From Neoechinorhynchus agilis (Eukaryota; Animalia; Acanthocephala): 64,000 nucleotides of DNA. Of this stretch, positions 52,516-63,327 are shown in pieces; position 1 is the stretch's first letter, and every line of letters starts with the position of its first letter. The DNA lies in the NCBI GenBank assembly GCA_051530055.1, contig CM121341.1, positions 15,044,784 to 15,108,783 of the forward strand, written 5' to 3'. The notes beneath the pieces are model-generated. The model was not told where the DNA came from and made no database searches. It saw only the letters and a list, made by a program, of their open reading frames with translations. The position numbers were made by a program, and so were the translations under genes.

Positions 52516-53476
52516 GTGAGGGGAAATGCTATCTCTAGTGAGCCACCAACATCTACTACTGAAGATTGCAGGCTCTTCGGAAAAGATCTGAATCCGGTTC
52601 TCGTTAAGCAAAAGGCTTTATATTCATTTTTCACGAACGGGGCTGAGAACGTTTCCGAAACTATTCTTTCGCTGATGTCTCACTACCCGAAAATGATACT
52701 ATCTTCGACTCTTCGAAACGTTTGTGGGCAACGAAGCGGATTGCACACTCAATTTGCGGTTACTACCGGATCAACTAAATTGAGTGCTTCTTGAGTGCAT
52801 TTTAGATGGACTGAAGAAGACCTACGCGAAGGCCGAAATTTATCAAATAAATCAACTATTATAATTCGCTATAATTAAGTAAATGATGAACATCTTTACA
52901 AATCTTAAAAGAGATTTTTCTGCGGGCGGCTTTACAATGTCGGTTTTACCAACGGTTATCAAGCCTGAGCAAAGCTGCAATCGAACTTCTGCCAATCTTC
53001 TTATCAAAAATTGGACAACGGTGCATACCGAACCTTATGACTGATGATAAGTACTCATCGACCATCAAAAATTTAGATTATGCTCTTCCAAGTGAGCTTA
53101 AGGAGTGTCATTCAAAATCGCCCAAAGGAGTTGTCTTGACTGCAGTTCTGACCGCTCCCCGCCAAAACATCTTTTCCATCCGGCGATATCACGGGCACAT
53201 TACATCTTCAATCTAATCTTCCCAAAGAGAATGATGGATGATGAAATGGTGATACGTCGTTTGTTTGAGTACGCGGTTGATGGTTACACATTTAAATTGA
53301 AAAAATCTTTCTCTAATTTGATTTGTCAGCTACACAATCTGATTACCAGCCCGTTCGCAAGTACCGAGAATATCTTCATCTCCTCTATTGATGTTGACTT
53401 AACAGACCACATCAATTTGACTACTCATGATTCTAGGATTGAGGTAACTACTCGTACAGTACTTCTCAGGGCCTAG
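52516..53476 (+). CDS. Hypothetical or decayed gene with weak CENP-L-like similarity
   Basis: FFTNGAENVSETI resembles CENP-L FLANGAESNTAII by eye; reading frames are broken by stops I could not resolve. Confidence 0.25.
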
Positions 53477-53879
53477 AAGGCGATAGAAAGTCTTCTCTCT
53501 GGGAGTCTGGAGCAAGTGACAGGCCATGTTCGGATTACTTCTTTCATCGACAAACCAAGTCTAGCCCTTAAAGTATCTCCCGTTCCATCAAAGATTAATG
53601 TGAAATCTTCATTCTCGGAAACTACAAAGGCAGAGATAACTTTTGAGGCCAAAACTGTGTTTCCAGAAACGTAGGTTAAGAAAGCCGGAAATCGATTGCA
53701 CGATAAGCTGAAAGATTTCGTTCAGATCAAAAAGGAATATACCCTCACTAAGCTCAATGAATATCAACAATAGATTTCAACCGCGACCGTTTTCTGTCAG
53801 AAGCGTCCAAATGATAGTGTTGAAGTAGTCGCTAGATGACATCTTAGAATGTGGATCTAAGACGTCCGCCAGCCTGCAA

Positions 53880-55990
53880 ATCCTGGAGCAACTAATGGAA
53901 GAAGTAGAGATGATGGTCCATCTAGAAGACATTAATCTTCTAACATCTTACAAAGAAGATCTGGATATCGACTGAACGCTCTTGATTTCGGATCGCCAGT
54001 GATTCGTCTCAATCTCTTAGACAATTGCTTGACCAGGTGCTGAGCCGCAGTAAGAAACGACCCGAGCGTCCCAAAGGGAACAAAATAATGCTTTCGACCC
54101 AGGTCCCTGTATTTTGTCCTTTTGCATTCCTCAGCGGCGGTTGCTGCTCCCCTTGGTTTAATGGTGACGAATTTTATGCTGCTGGCTGCGAGCGTGTCCA
54201 CGCACGTGGCATCCCAGAGAAAGCATTTTCCTTCTCGCCACGGGAATACTGTGACACCGTCCGGTCTACGGCCATCGAGTCGGCAAAGATTGTTCGGCTC
54301 TAAGATGTTGGGCGCATTCACAGTATTCAGGGCACGACTAAGAATTGCGTTATCTTCGGCGTGTCGAAAGTACCTCCCGCCTGATTGCCGGCAGACGAGA
54401 CCATGGCGTCCCGATGGTTACATGGCCGCTCCGCAACGGCAGCGATAGGATGGCCCCAGGGATAGAATTGATCACTCCAGACCGGTTAAGTCTTCTAGGA
54501 AGCTGCATTTTTGGTTCTAATGCTTAAGCAGAGATTGTCAATCCTCAACCGCAATTTTCGGTGCTGTGCAAACGAGTTGGTGAAGTATCGTCACGCGAGG
54601 CTCTGTTCCTGATCAAAAACACCCTCTTCATTCCAAAACTGCTGTATAAACTGCGCACAGCACCTTTTTTAGGCACAAGGATAAGCTGCCAAAATTTGAC
54701 GAGACGGTGAAAGCCTCTCTCGAGAAAATTTGAAATACTCAGCTGTAGGACGAGGCCTAGCGTCAAGCGTCCTTGCATGTGTCGTCCGGCGGTTTGAGTA
54801 TCAGAAAAGCAGCCGATACTTCACTACTTAAGCGTTAGAACCAAAAATGCAGCTTCCCAGAGGACTCAACCGGTCTAGAGTTATCAACTCTATCCCGGGG
54901 GCCAGGTTCTGAAAATCTTTCACGATGGTTCTTCCACGTTCATCACTAAAATCTCGCATTTCGCAGCATTCGATTCAATGCCCATTTTCGCCGTCTCCTT
55001 CATGAGTGTCTCAAAATCACGCAGTACTACAGAGGGGTTCATCCAAGTGCCAGCCGTTAAAGCTGGACTGGAAAGAGTGCGCAACGGGATTGACGGCTAG
55101 TAAGAAGGCAATTGGGTCCAAAGGATCCCTTTGTTGAACTCCTCTTTCTGTTCACAAAATCTAGTTATTGAACAGCAAGGGAGTTGAAGTCCCATAAGCA
55201 TTAGCGAAATGCGTGATTACTAACTACTTCGTGCAAGTCTGCTAGGTGAACTGTGTTGAATGCATTTTTGAAATCACATTTTAAGATCACGCACGGCTGA
55301 GCCACAAGGTGTACAGCAGCCTAACTGAGTAGGGCGCAGCAGTATCCCTACTTTTTCTGCGGTCCTTTTATTTAAAATTTTTGCTGTTAAGCGGTGCAGA
55401 GTTGTCCAATTGCAATGGGACGAATCCCACCTTCCTTTATCGTGAGGGCACACAAAGTTGCACCGGAAAATAGTTCAATTGCTTTCGGAATCAACTCTCC
55501 CCCTGTAAATTGGTCGACTAGGCGTGCCCATGCATCTCCAAGAGACTGGGCAGCGTCACCTATTGAAAAGGAAGTCATATCCTTTAGGTGTTGTGACCGG
55601 AGCCTGTCAAGCCCCATAGCTGATCCGTTAGCAAAAGAGGAGATTACCATCTTCACTTCTGATTTCGATGATAAAACATAAGGGATCGTATCGAAGGAGT
55701 AAGATTTAACGAAAAGCTACCGACCGCCGTTACTCGGATGTTTGGAACGACGAGTTCGTAAAGCTTCTTCGTTATCTTTGGCGTGACTGCCCAATGATAA
55801 AAGACGAATCGCTCCTCTCACATCTCCGTCTGCGAGCTTCGAAGAAACGCGTCTCTTCGTATCCCAGCCGCTTGAGGTGGATAAGAGTGTCATAGTGGAG
55901 TTTTTAATCGATTGCAACCACCTCACTCCGCTGGACCGAGGGCGCTGAAGTATGGAATATTCCCTTCGATTTCAATGTTGCTGCTCTAAT
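53880..55990 (-). mobile_element. Degenerate CRE-like retrotransposon with an internal inversion
   Basis: VSSKLADGDVRGAIRLL, GLDRLRSQHL, GGIRPIAIG and RPDGVTVFPW...WDATCVDTLA; same family as 39-42.7 kb; segment ~54400-54800 is in the opposite orientation. Confidence 0.85.
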
Positions 55991-56213
55991 GGAAACGTGG
56001 TTTTCGAATCCAATCGAGCAGATCTTCAAGATAGCTGTTACTTTCTGGAACCCAATCTGCGTTGAGGAAATCTATGTAGTGAACTCTAATGCATAGATCA
56101 ACCACTTCCCCCTTCTGGGTAGCTTCAAACAGCAGTCCAATAAACTGCTCACGCTCGTGACTATCACATTGGATGAAAGCTCGAAGACAGTTGAGAGATT
56201 TGTGTATTCTTTT

Positions 56214-56471
56214 AGGCTCAATGTACCTTTCGCTGCTGCTTTGCGATTCACATAGTGCTATGATCCTGGTTACTACACCTTAGTATAAAATGATGATGTA
56301 GCCTTGCCAATGCTTAATAGCACGCCGACCGGCGAACCTGTTGATCGTATCCTTTGCTGCTACCACGAATTCTCTGGACCAGCAAGTTTTAGGAAGGCTC
56401 AATGTACCTTTCGCTGCTGCTTTGCGATTCACATAGCGCTATGATCCTGGTTACTACACCTTAGTATAAAA
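56214..56471 (+). repeat. 77-bp direct repeat (56214-56290, 56395-56471)
   Basis: One mismatch between the copies; spaced 181 bp apart. Confidence 0.9.
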
Positions 56472-57741
56472 CTCGGTTTGTAAAGGGTTGAGGATAGGGA
56501 CAAGCCGGGGCATAGAGATGATGTGTAGTATCATTATGAGAATGTCTTATCTGACTATGCAGGGATCGGTTCGAAATTTCACCGAAAGATCATCAAGGCA
56601 GAAAGGTTCTATCTCACCGTAACTAGAATGAATACTCTAATTGGAACTATCGGCATCCCGGTGGGGTCATAATTGAAAGGACGGTGACCTATTGAGCGGC
56701 GATGTCCGCGACTATTGGTGATCCTAGCACATCTATCTTGACGACCATGCACGAAACCAATAAAAAGTCTTATCAGATTGAATCCAAGGGGAATGTCGCG
56801 TGGTCCTTGATTGAGATGAGGAAGTGATGAAGCTTTCGTTAGACTAATGATGCCGATGATCACTTTCAAAAAAGCTATAAGCCGGGAATTCGGGATGACC
56901 TCACATTTCTGGGTGTATTGGTACCAAGATGATGTCCAAGTGGCAAAATAATAGCCATGTAAAGTGCATCGAAAAAGCAGAAAAAATGAATAATCGGTTC
57001 ACTTGTTGTCGTATGATTAAAAAGTAAACATTACAACGTCGTGAGAGCACGAAAGAATCGCGAGTGTTAATGAAATTATTGATGTTTCGAAAAGTACACG
57101 ATCAATTTGCATGGAATAAAATATCGAATAGGTTTCTGTGGTTTATATGATGCTCATGAGTTAGGCATATGATTTCCTATCTTTAGAATCGTGTAATTTA
57201 AGTTTAAAATTTTTGAATCATAGAAGTGTTTTAGTAACTTTTCAGATCGTTCAATTGTCGAATGAGGACACAAGATCTACTGCAATTTCTCTTTCAGTTA
57301 CAATTAGCGATGCTTGATTCAGAAAATAGATTTATCATGAAAATGCAAACAATTGACTGAAGGAGCCCTACGAAAAGGCCGAAAGTTTTCAAGATAAGTC
57401 TATTTTCTAAATCAAACATCTCTAATTTCAGTTTTTTTGGATAATTATATATATTTTTTTTAAAAAGAGCATACATAATTTATAGTTTCTTCGACGCCCC
57501 TATTCATCGGCGCAGGCCAAAATGCTAGCCGCGCTGCACCGCAATGCTTATTTTTTGGGCTAGGAACGAAGTCGATCTTGGCTCTCTGAAATTGTAATTT
57601 CTCTTTCGTCTAATAACATCATGAAAAACATGTTGCATCGAAATTAGATATTGATTCTTCCGCTTCATTTTCTGATTAACATCCGCGCGATACCATGGTT
57701 ACCGCATCGGTAATGGTATTTTAGATTATAGGTAGTTTTCG

Positions 57742-58131
57742 ATGGGTTCTTGGGATCGCCGGGCTGCGATTAAGCGTCGGAAAATTTGCGATGCGGATTT
57801 GACTAGGAAAGTTCGGATAACGGAGTCTATGATCAATGAAATGAGTAGCCTTCATCTTGATGACGTCGAGGAGGATATGGACGTCGATTTGGAAAGTCTT
57901 AGCTTATCGGACGACGCAATGGATATTGACGACAACGATAGCACTCCAATTATTAAGTTGAGTGACGTAGCGCAAGAACTCATTCATAGGAGAAAGGAAG
58001 CAGTTTTGAAGGAGATGTTAACTGAGACGAAATCAAAAGGGAAAGCCTGTAATGCATTAGTACTTTATAACCCTAACACAATTTTGAGTTCTTTGAGCAA
58101 GGAGGAAAACGAGAGTGATAGCGAAGAGTAG
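57742..58131 (+). CDS. CCDC117-like protein, 129 aa
   Basis: KRRK..., KVRITESM..EMSSLHL, PIIKLSD and ALVLYNP match remembered CCDC117-family blocks. Confidence 0.65.
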   Translation: MGSWDRRAAIKRRKICDADLTRKVRITESMINEMSSLHLDDVEEDMDVDLESLSLSDDAMDIDDNDSTPIIKLSDVAQELIHRRKEAVLKEMLTETKSKGKACNALVLYNPNTILSSLSKEENESDSEE

Positions 58132-58188
58132 ACTTGAATTGCACATCTTTATCTCAATTACTAAATTTTTAAATTCTTGTGTTTTTAG

Positions 58189-58413
58189 ATGTGGATGAAG
58201 GATTTTAAGCAGTTTTCCGATTGTTCAAAGGAACTTTATACTTCCAGTCCAAATGCGTTTCGTTTTACCTTGACCTTTCGGAAAAATAGCGTATTTGAGG
58301 TCAAGGCAACCGATAATCGACAATGTTTAAAGTATAAGTCTTCGTACCTTCACGACTTTAAGAAAGTACAGCGACTATTAGCTGAATTAATGCGGGACAT
58401 GTCTGTTGCATGA
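58189..58413 (+). CDS. SRP9: Signal recognition particle 9 kDa subunit
   Basis: F...S.ELY..SP...R.TL.FR....VKATDNRQCLKYK.....DFKK...L...LMR matches the SRP9 pattern over 74 aa. Confidence 0.85.
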   Translation: MWMKDFKQFSDCSKELYTSSPNAFRFTLTFRKNSVFEVKATDNRQCLKYKSSYLHDFKKVQRLLAELMRDMSVA

Positions 58414-58845
58414 GAGCAGAAAAATGGTTTCACGTATTAGTTAAATATCGCGGATAAAAACGTTTAGTTGAGCACCGATAACTGTTTGTGTCCCATTTGA
58501 TGGGAACTGCAGCGAAAAGAAATTCGGGGTTTAAGTGAGTGTGGACGTTTAACTTTAGCGGCACTTCTTTTTGTCAAGTTCATCAGATAAACCTTTTGTT
58601 TGAAAAAAGGGAACACAAATGCCAGTACCGGGTAGCATCTTTTAATAATCAACAAACTGATGATGAACATGACGAGGTTCGCAGAACGCCTTTAATAAAA
58701 ATTATTTACCAGATTAAGACTTCTAAATAACATTTTTAAGGACACGCAAAGGTCTAAAATTTGTATTATGCACCCACTTCCGTCTTTGTGAAGATCTTTA
58801 TTCCTAGAACCTGCGAGACTTCAATACATAATTTCATTTAAGATC

Positions 58846-61363
58846 ATGTCACAATACCAAGAAGAGAGTAAGGAAGTTCTAGATAAAATTGTTAATCAAG
58901 CATGTGACATGGCTCCTCCGTATGGCAGATTGTGCCGACTCACAAGTCCTTTAAATCTATATGCAATCGATCAGAAATGGAGTTCTTAGCAAATGCTAAT
59001 CGATTGCAAACAGATCAAAGAATCTTCAAGCAGGAACAATTTTCTGAAACGTGTAAAATGGTAATCGTTCCATATTTTATATATAAAATATGTTTTTTTA
59101 ACCTAGGGCGCCTGATGGTAGTTGTTTTGCCGTTTGCAGTGATGAAGGAATTCTCTATCTGTTTAACCTTCCCATGGATTACACGGGGAAGGATTTTACC
59201 TATAAATCAGTTTCCGAGTTTGTTCGTCAGTCTTTGCTATTAAACACATCCTGGAAACTGCATTCAGGATCCAATTTTAAAATACAAGGAGTCTTCACCA
59301 TTTCAGGACATGTGCTTCTATCCTATGATGAATTCGTCAAATCCATCTACCTGCTGGTGAGTAGTTAAAACATTGTAAATATAAATCTTTACGTATTGAC
59401 TTTAGCTTCTTCGCGTGCTCTAAGCACAGTCCAGTTCGATTGTATGATGCTTACACTGGAGAAATCTTGTGCTCATACAGCGCATTCGATCACGTGGAAC
59501 GTCCAATGTACGCTACAAGTCTGACTGTCGATTGGAATTGTACCAATCTATTATGTGGATTTAAGCGAAGTGTTGGAATATTTGATATCGCTAGAAACGA
59601 TTCCAAGTTAACGGAATTCAAACTAAAATGTTGGTATGATTGCATTGGGGGTAGATTACGTCGACAAAATCAGCACATTTTTGTGGATTTCATTTGAGAT
59701 AGTGGGAATAATGGCGGCTGCGTAGGTGGATCGCACCTAATACAGAATTTTATTATTGGCTTTCTGCCTTCCACTTACTCCGATACTCGTTATTCAATAG
59801 CCATAGTGAATAAACAATTTCCATTCTATTAATTTTCGGAAACGGTTCGGATCTATAAATGAAAGTTAGACAAATGATGAAGATCACGAGGCCTCGTCTC
59901 ATCAAACATCTAAGAAGGTTTCTTCGACATTACGCAGATTTTAACGGCACGTATTTGGTCGAGGATTAAAGCCTTAAAAACGGCGTACAACGCAATGGAA
60001 AGAAACAAAACTTTGGCTTAAGGTGCTGTCGGGCATTGACGCGCTAAAAATCAATGAAAAGCACCACATAACGATGGGACAGGGCATATGATCCCAGAAC
60101 CTCGAGCGGAGCCTTACAGAATAACTAATATCTTTTTTGGATGACTGATTAGGCGAGGCTTCCTCTTTCGAAATATTTCAATCTAATATTTCACATTCGG
60201 TGATCACCACATCTCCAACTTTATCGTCCTGAAGGATTTTCCCGTTGATGACTAAATTTATTGTTCATATTCGCTTCTCTGTTAATGCCTGCAATGAAAT
60301 CAAAAAAAATCGGGTTCATTCGAAAACAATTCGAAGTGGACGTAATAAAAGGAACTCCAAATTTTTAACGGGTTCATCCACGGTTATCGCTCTTATTTAA
60401 GTTTCATTTAAATAATCGGACTGCTTAAAAAATATTTGAGCGAATTTGGATTTTTTGACGTTACAGTTCCTCGCGAACGGAATACGTCTTTTGCTTGTTG
60501 ATTGTACACTTTATTATTACGTACTAATCGATCTATTATTTCGAAATTATTAATTTTTCCAAATAAAATTTTATCTCATTGTATTTGAAATTTAAGTTCT
60601 TCAACCTTAGCGAAGAAGCCGTACATCCATGGTCTCATATCATGTATCGCTGTCAATACAAACGATCATATTATCGGTATCGGTACCTTTTCAAAATCAG
60701 GTACGCTTCTCAGTATATTGCCGTTTATCAAACCAAAATCCAAGTCGGCTTATATGATCAAAATTTTGAATTGATCGCGACGTTGAACAAAGTGCACTCC
60801 GGTGGAATAACCCAAATAAGTTTTGTAGAAGATAAGAATATTCTGGTCACTGGAGCAAGAAAGGTACAATATTGGAGATTATACATCTTCGGAAAAAACA
60901 AATAGGACAATTATATTCATATTTGGGATTTGCGCTCAATGTCATCTCAGCCATTGGCAACTCTTCATCGTCGTGCTTCAACAAATCAACGAATCGATAT
61001 CGATATTAAAAGGTTAATTTTTCACCTAATTATGTTATCGTACCAAAACCTTCGCTAATCAGAAATACTTTGTGTTCTGGATCAACGGACGGACGAGTAC
61101 TTTTATGGAACCTCGGCACGCTTACCGGTGGCACATGCTGCCCTCGTGAACCGGAAGTGTGGTGGAACGCTTCTTGTGATTGCATAAATGGAGTTAGCTT
61201 TAACCCATTCCTGGATATATTAGTCACTTCTTCGGGACAGAGGAATCGTTGTTTTAAATCCAAACAAGAAAATGAAGAAGATGATGACCCGAACGTGGAA
61301 CTTGTCCTTGATTACAGAAATTGTGATAATTCCGTCGTATTATGGCATGTAGATGAATTCTGA
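58846..61363 (+). CDS. WRAP53: WRAP53/TCAB1 (WDR79) WD40 protein, multi-exon
   Basis: NFLKRVKWAPDGSC, PVRLYDAYTGE, LLCGFKRSV, GLISCIAV, HSGGITQI, LVTGARKD..IHIWDLR, TNQRI.IDI and CINGVSFNPF. Internal introns are GT-AG, including a ~1-kb intron from ~59630 to 60610. The join across the in-frame TAG at 58987-58989 is unresolved. Confidence 0.9.
60141..60255 (+). repeat. Intronic copy of the ~110-bp dispersed element; partial inverted copy at 59888-59905
   Basis: ATGACTGATTAGGCGAGGCTTCCTCTTTCGAAATATTTCA...GAAGGATTTTCCCGTTGATGAC. Confidence 0.75.
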
Positions 61364-61429
61364 AGAAAAATTTAAACAATTATTCTGACCGTGTCTTTAG
61401 TTTTTTCACTTATACTAGCAAATTTGCTC

Positions 61430-62230
61430 ACTGAAACTGCCTATTCCATTGTTCTCATCTGACGCAGTCTATATTGATCAAGAGTCCTTTAATCTTCCCT
61501 CGCTTTACCATCGTTTTCGTCTTATTTTTAGCTTCGCGTTTGGTTCCCAGGTCAATTCGAACTAAACACTTGTTTTAAAGTTAAAACTCTCTTATTCTAC
61601 TTAGTGCGATTTAAGAGTTTTGTGATTTGGCCACTTGAGGTTGCCGGAGACGGATGTATTTATAATGTTTTCTAGTCATTTTGAAGCTGATATATCTTTT
61701 TGACCTTCTACCTGATGATGGTGGTGAAAAGAACTCGATCGAACTTAACCGAGAGCGCTTTACAAATTCGCGGATTTCCTCAGCGCAAAATAATGTTTCT
61801 CCAGCGTGAAAACTGTGTTCCGGTGGATAAAAGTCAACAATAGAGAATTCGACGTCACCGAAGTTCAACGTGAACAACGTTCCAGAACTTCATCTGGAGA
61901 ACGAGATGCGATCTATGTGAAGACCTTGATTGAGGAAGATCCTCGCCAAACAATCAGAAGAATTACTGGGTTGAAATAAGATTTCGTGGAGGCTGTTAGT
62001 CTTTGGTGTAAATATTCCTATAGCGAGTAAGTACCCGTCAATGGTCGCAAACATTCAGTTTTTGATTAACTAATGGAAGCATGAATTCACAAATGTTTGA
62101 TTTCACTTTCTGACTATGCAACGGGGAACGCTACATCCGTCCTTCGGCCATTAAAACAGGACGACAGCTGAGTGATCAAGAGCGGTGGCGTGAATGTTTG
62201 TAAGATCTTCAGTTTGAAGAGTTAAATCGA
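61430..62230 (-). pseudogene. Third paralog (probably decayed) of the 48981 RRM-like gene
   Basis: 62197-62135 reads FTPPLLITQLSSCFNGR versus FTSPLWITQLPPWYDGR; downstream LAIGIF...PSNSSDCL versus LAIKIL...PSIRDCL; stops present. Confidence 0.5.
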
Positions 62231-62523
62231 AGCTTCGTTAAAAATGGATGCTACAGTTGTTTCGAGGATCCTCGCTCAAGATTCAATAGGGTTGGGCCTT
62301 GCTGACATCGAATTCTCAAGAGAAAAGTGAGTGATTCGTAAAGCATGAATATAGGAAATGACATTAAATTTATAATTAATTGGATAATTTTCATTTATAT
62401 TTTTCAAATTAAAAATGTGCTTCGGTTAGTCTTATGAGCGCTAGACATAAAAAACGTGTACTCGTTTGACATTAAGCATTTTTCAAGGGAATTTCCAACC
62501 TCAATTCCAGATTTTTAACAGCG

Positions 62524-63327
62524 ATGTCCTCCGATGCGCATAATTCAACTCATTCAAGTTCTCGAAAAGGTTACGACGGTTCCGAAGAGCTTTATAAGAT
62601 CTTTTCAGAATCACTTAATCTAATAAAAATCCTTCTGAACCGATGTACCGTTTACTTGAATCGAAGCGAGAAACGAATTCTATTTACAAAAGCAGATATG
62701 CTCAAATGGCAGAATGAAATTCGAATATTAAATGGGAAATCTCAACAAATCGGCCTTGCCACTTGCACTTTTAAGAGCCATTTAAACCAGGTGTTAAGCA
62801 CTTTTGCTAAACGGAAGTTGAGAATCGATCAATTAAGACGTACGTTGGCTGAAACAGAGGCAAATTTAAGTAAGAAAATCCAAAACAAGAAGATATGGCT
62901 CAATGAGCTGGATAGGACTGCCGATGTCAATCGAAAGTTACTCCAAGTTCTAGCTAGGCGCGAAGCGTATGTTAAAAGCACAAGCAACATTCTGATGATA
63001 CCTTCCATCAGAAACGCGCTCGTATCTCAAGCGAAGGAAATCAAGGAGATGCAGAATATTGGAATCAGCGAGCAGCGATATGTTCAGACTGACAAATACG
63101 ATCCTGGTGAAGACGGTGAAAGATTAGTTGAAAATTCACAAAAGGCGCTTGCGGAGTTGCTTTTGGAGCGCGACACTTTGAGGGCTAGAAGAAGAGAGGA
63201 GTTGGCGAGTTTAGAGAAGACCTTGTCCGATTTGACTGTGAATGGTGACAATGCATGGAATTTCATTCAAATATTCCGGAGCACGTTTATGCATATATTC
63301 GAAGATCACGTAGCGTGTGAGCAATGA
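62524..63327 (+). CDS. Hypothetical coiled-coil protein, 267 aa, intronless
   Basis: Long ATG-started ORF with heptad-like E/L/K/R composition; TTTTAACAG 2 nt before the ATG. Confidence 0.6.
   Translation: MSSDAHNSTHSSSRKGYDGSEELYKIFSESLNLIKILLNRCTVYLNRSEKRILFTKADMLKWQNEIRILNGKSQQIGLATCTFKSHLNQVLSTFAKRKLRIDQLRRTLAETEANLSKKIQNKKIWLNELDRTADVNRKLLQVLARREAYVKSTSNILMIPSIRNALVSQAKEIKEMQNIGISEQRYVQTDKYDPGEDGERLVENSQKALAELLLERDTLRARRREELASLEKTLSDLTVNGDNAWNFIQIFRSTFMHIFEDHVACEQ

Noticed and set aside
58987-58989. Alternative genetic code (stop reassignment)
   Set aside because: TAA, TGA and TAG all end clear genes here (Tudor TAA, USP8/NMD3/WRAP53 TGA, CCDC117-like TAG), and the long dynein exons have no in-frame stops.
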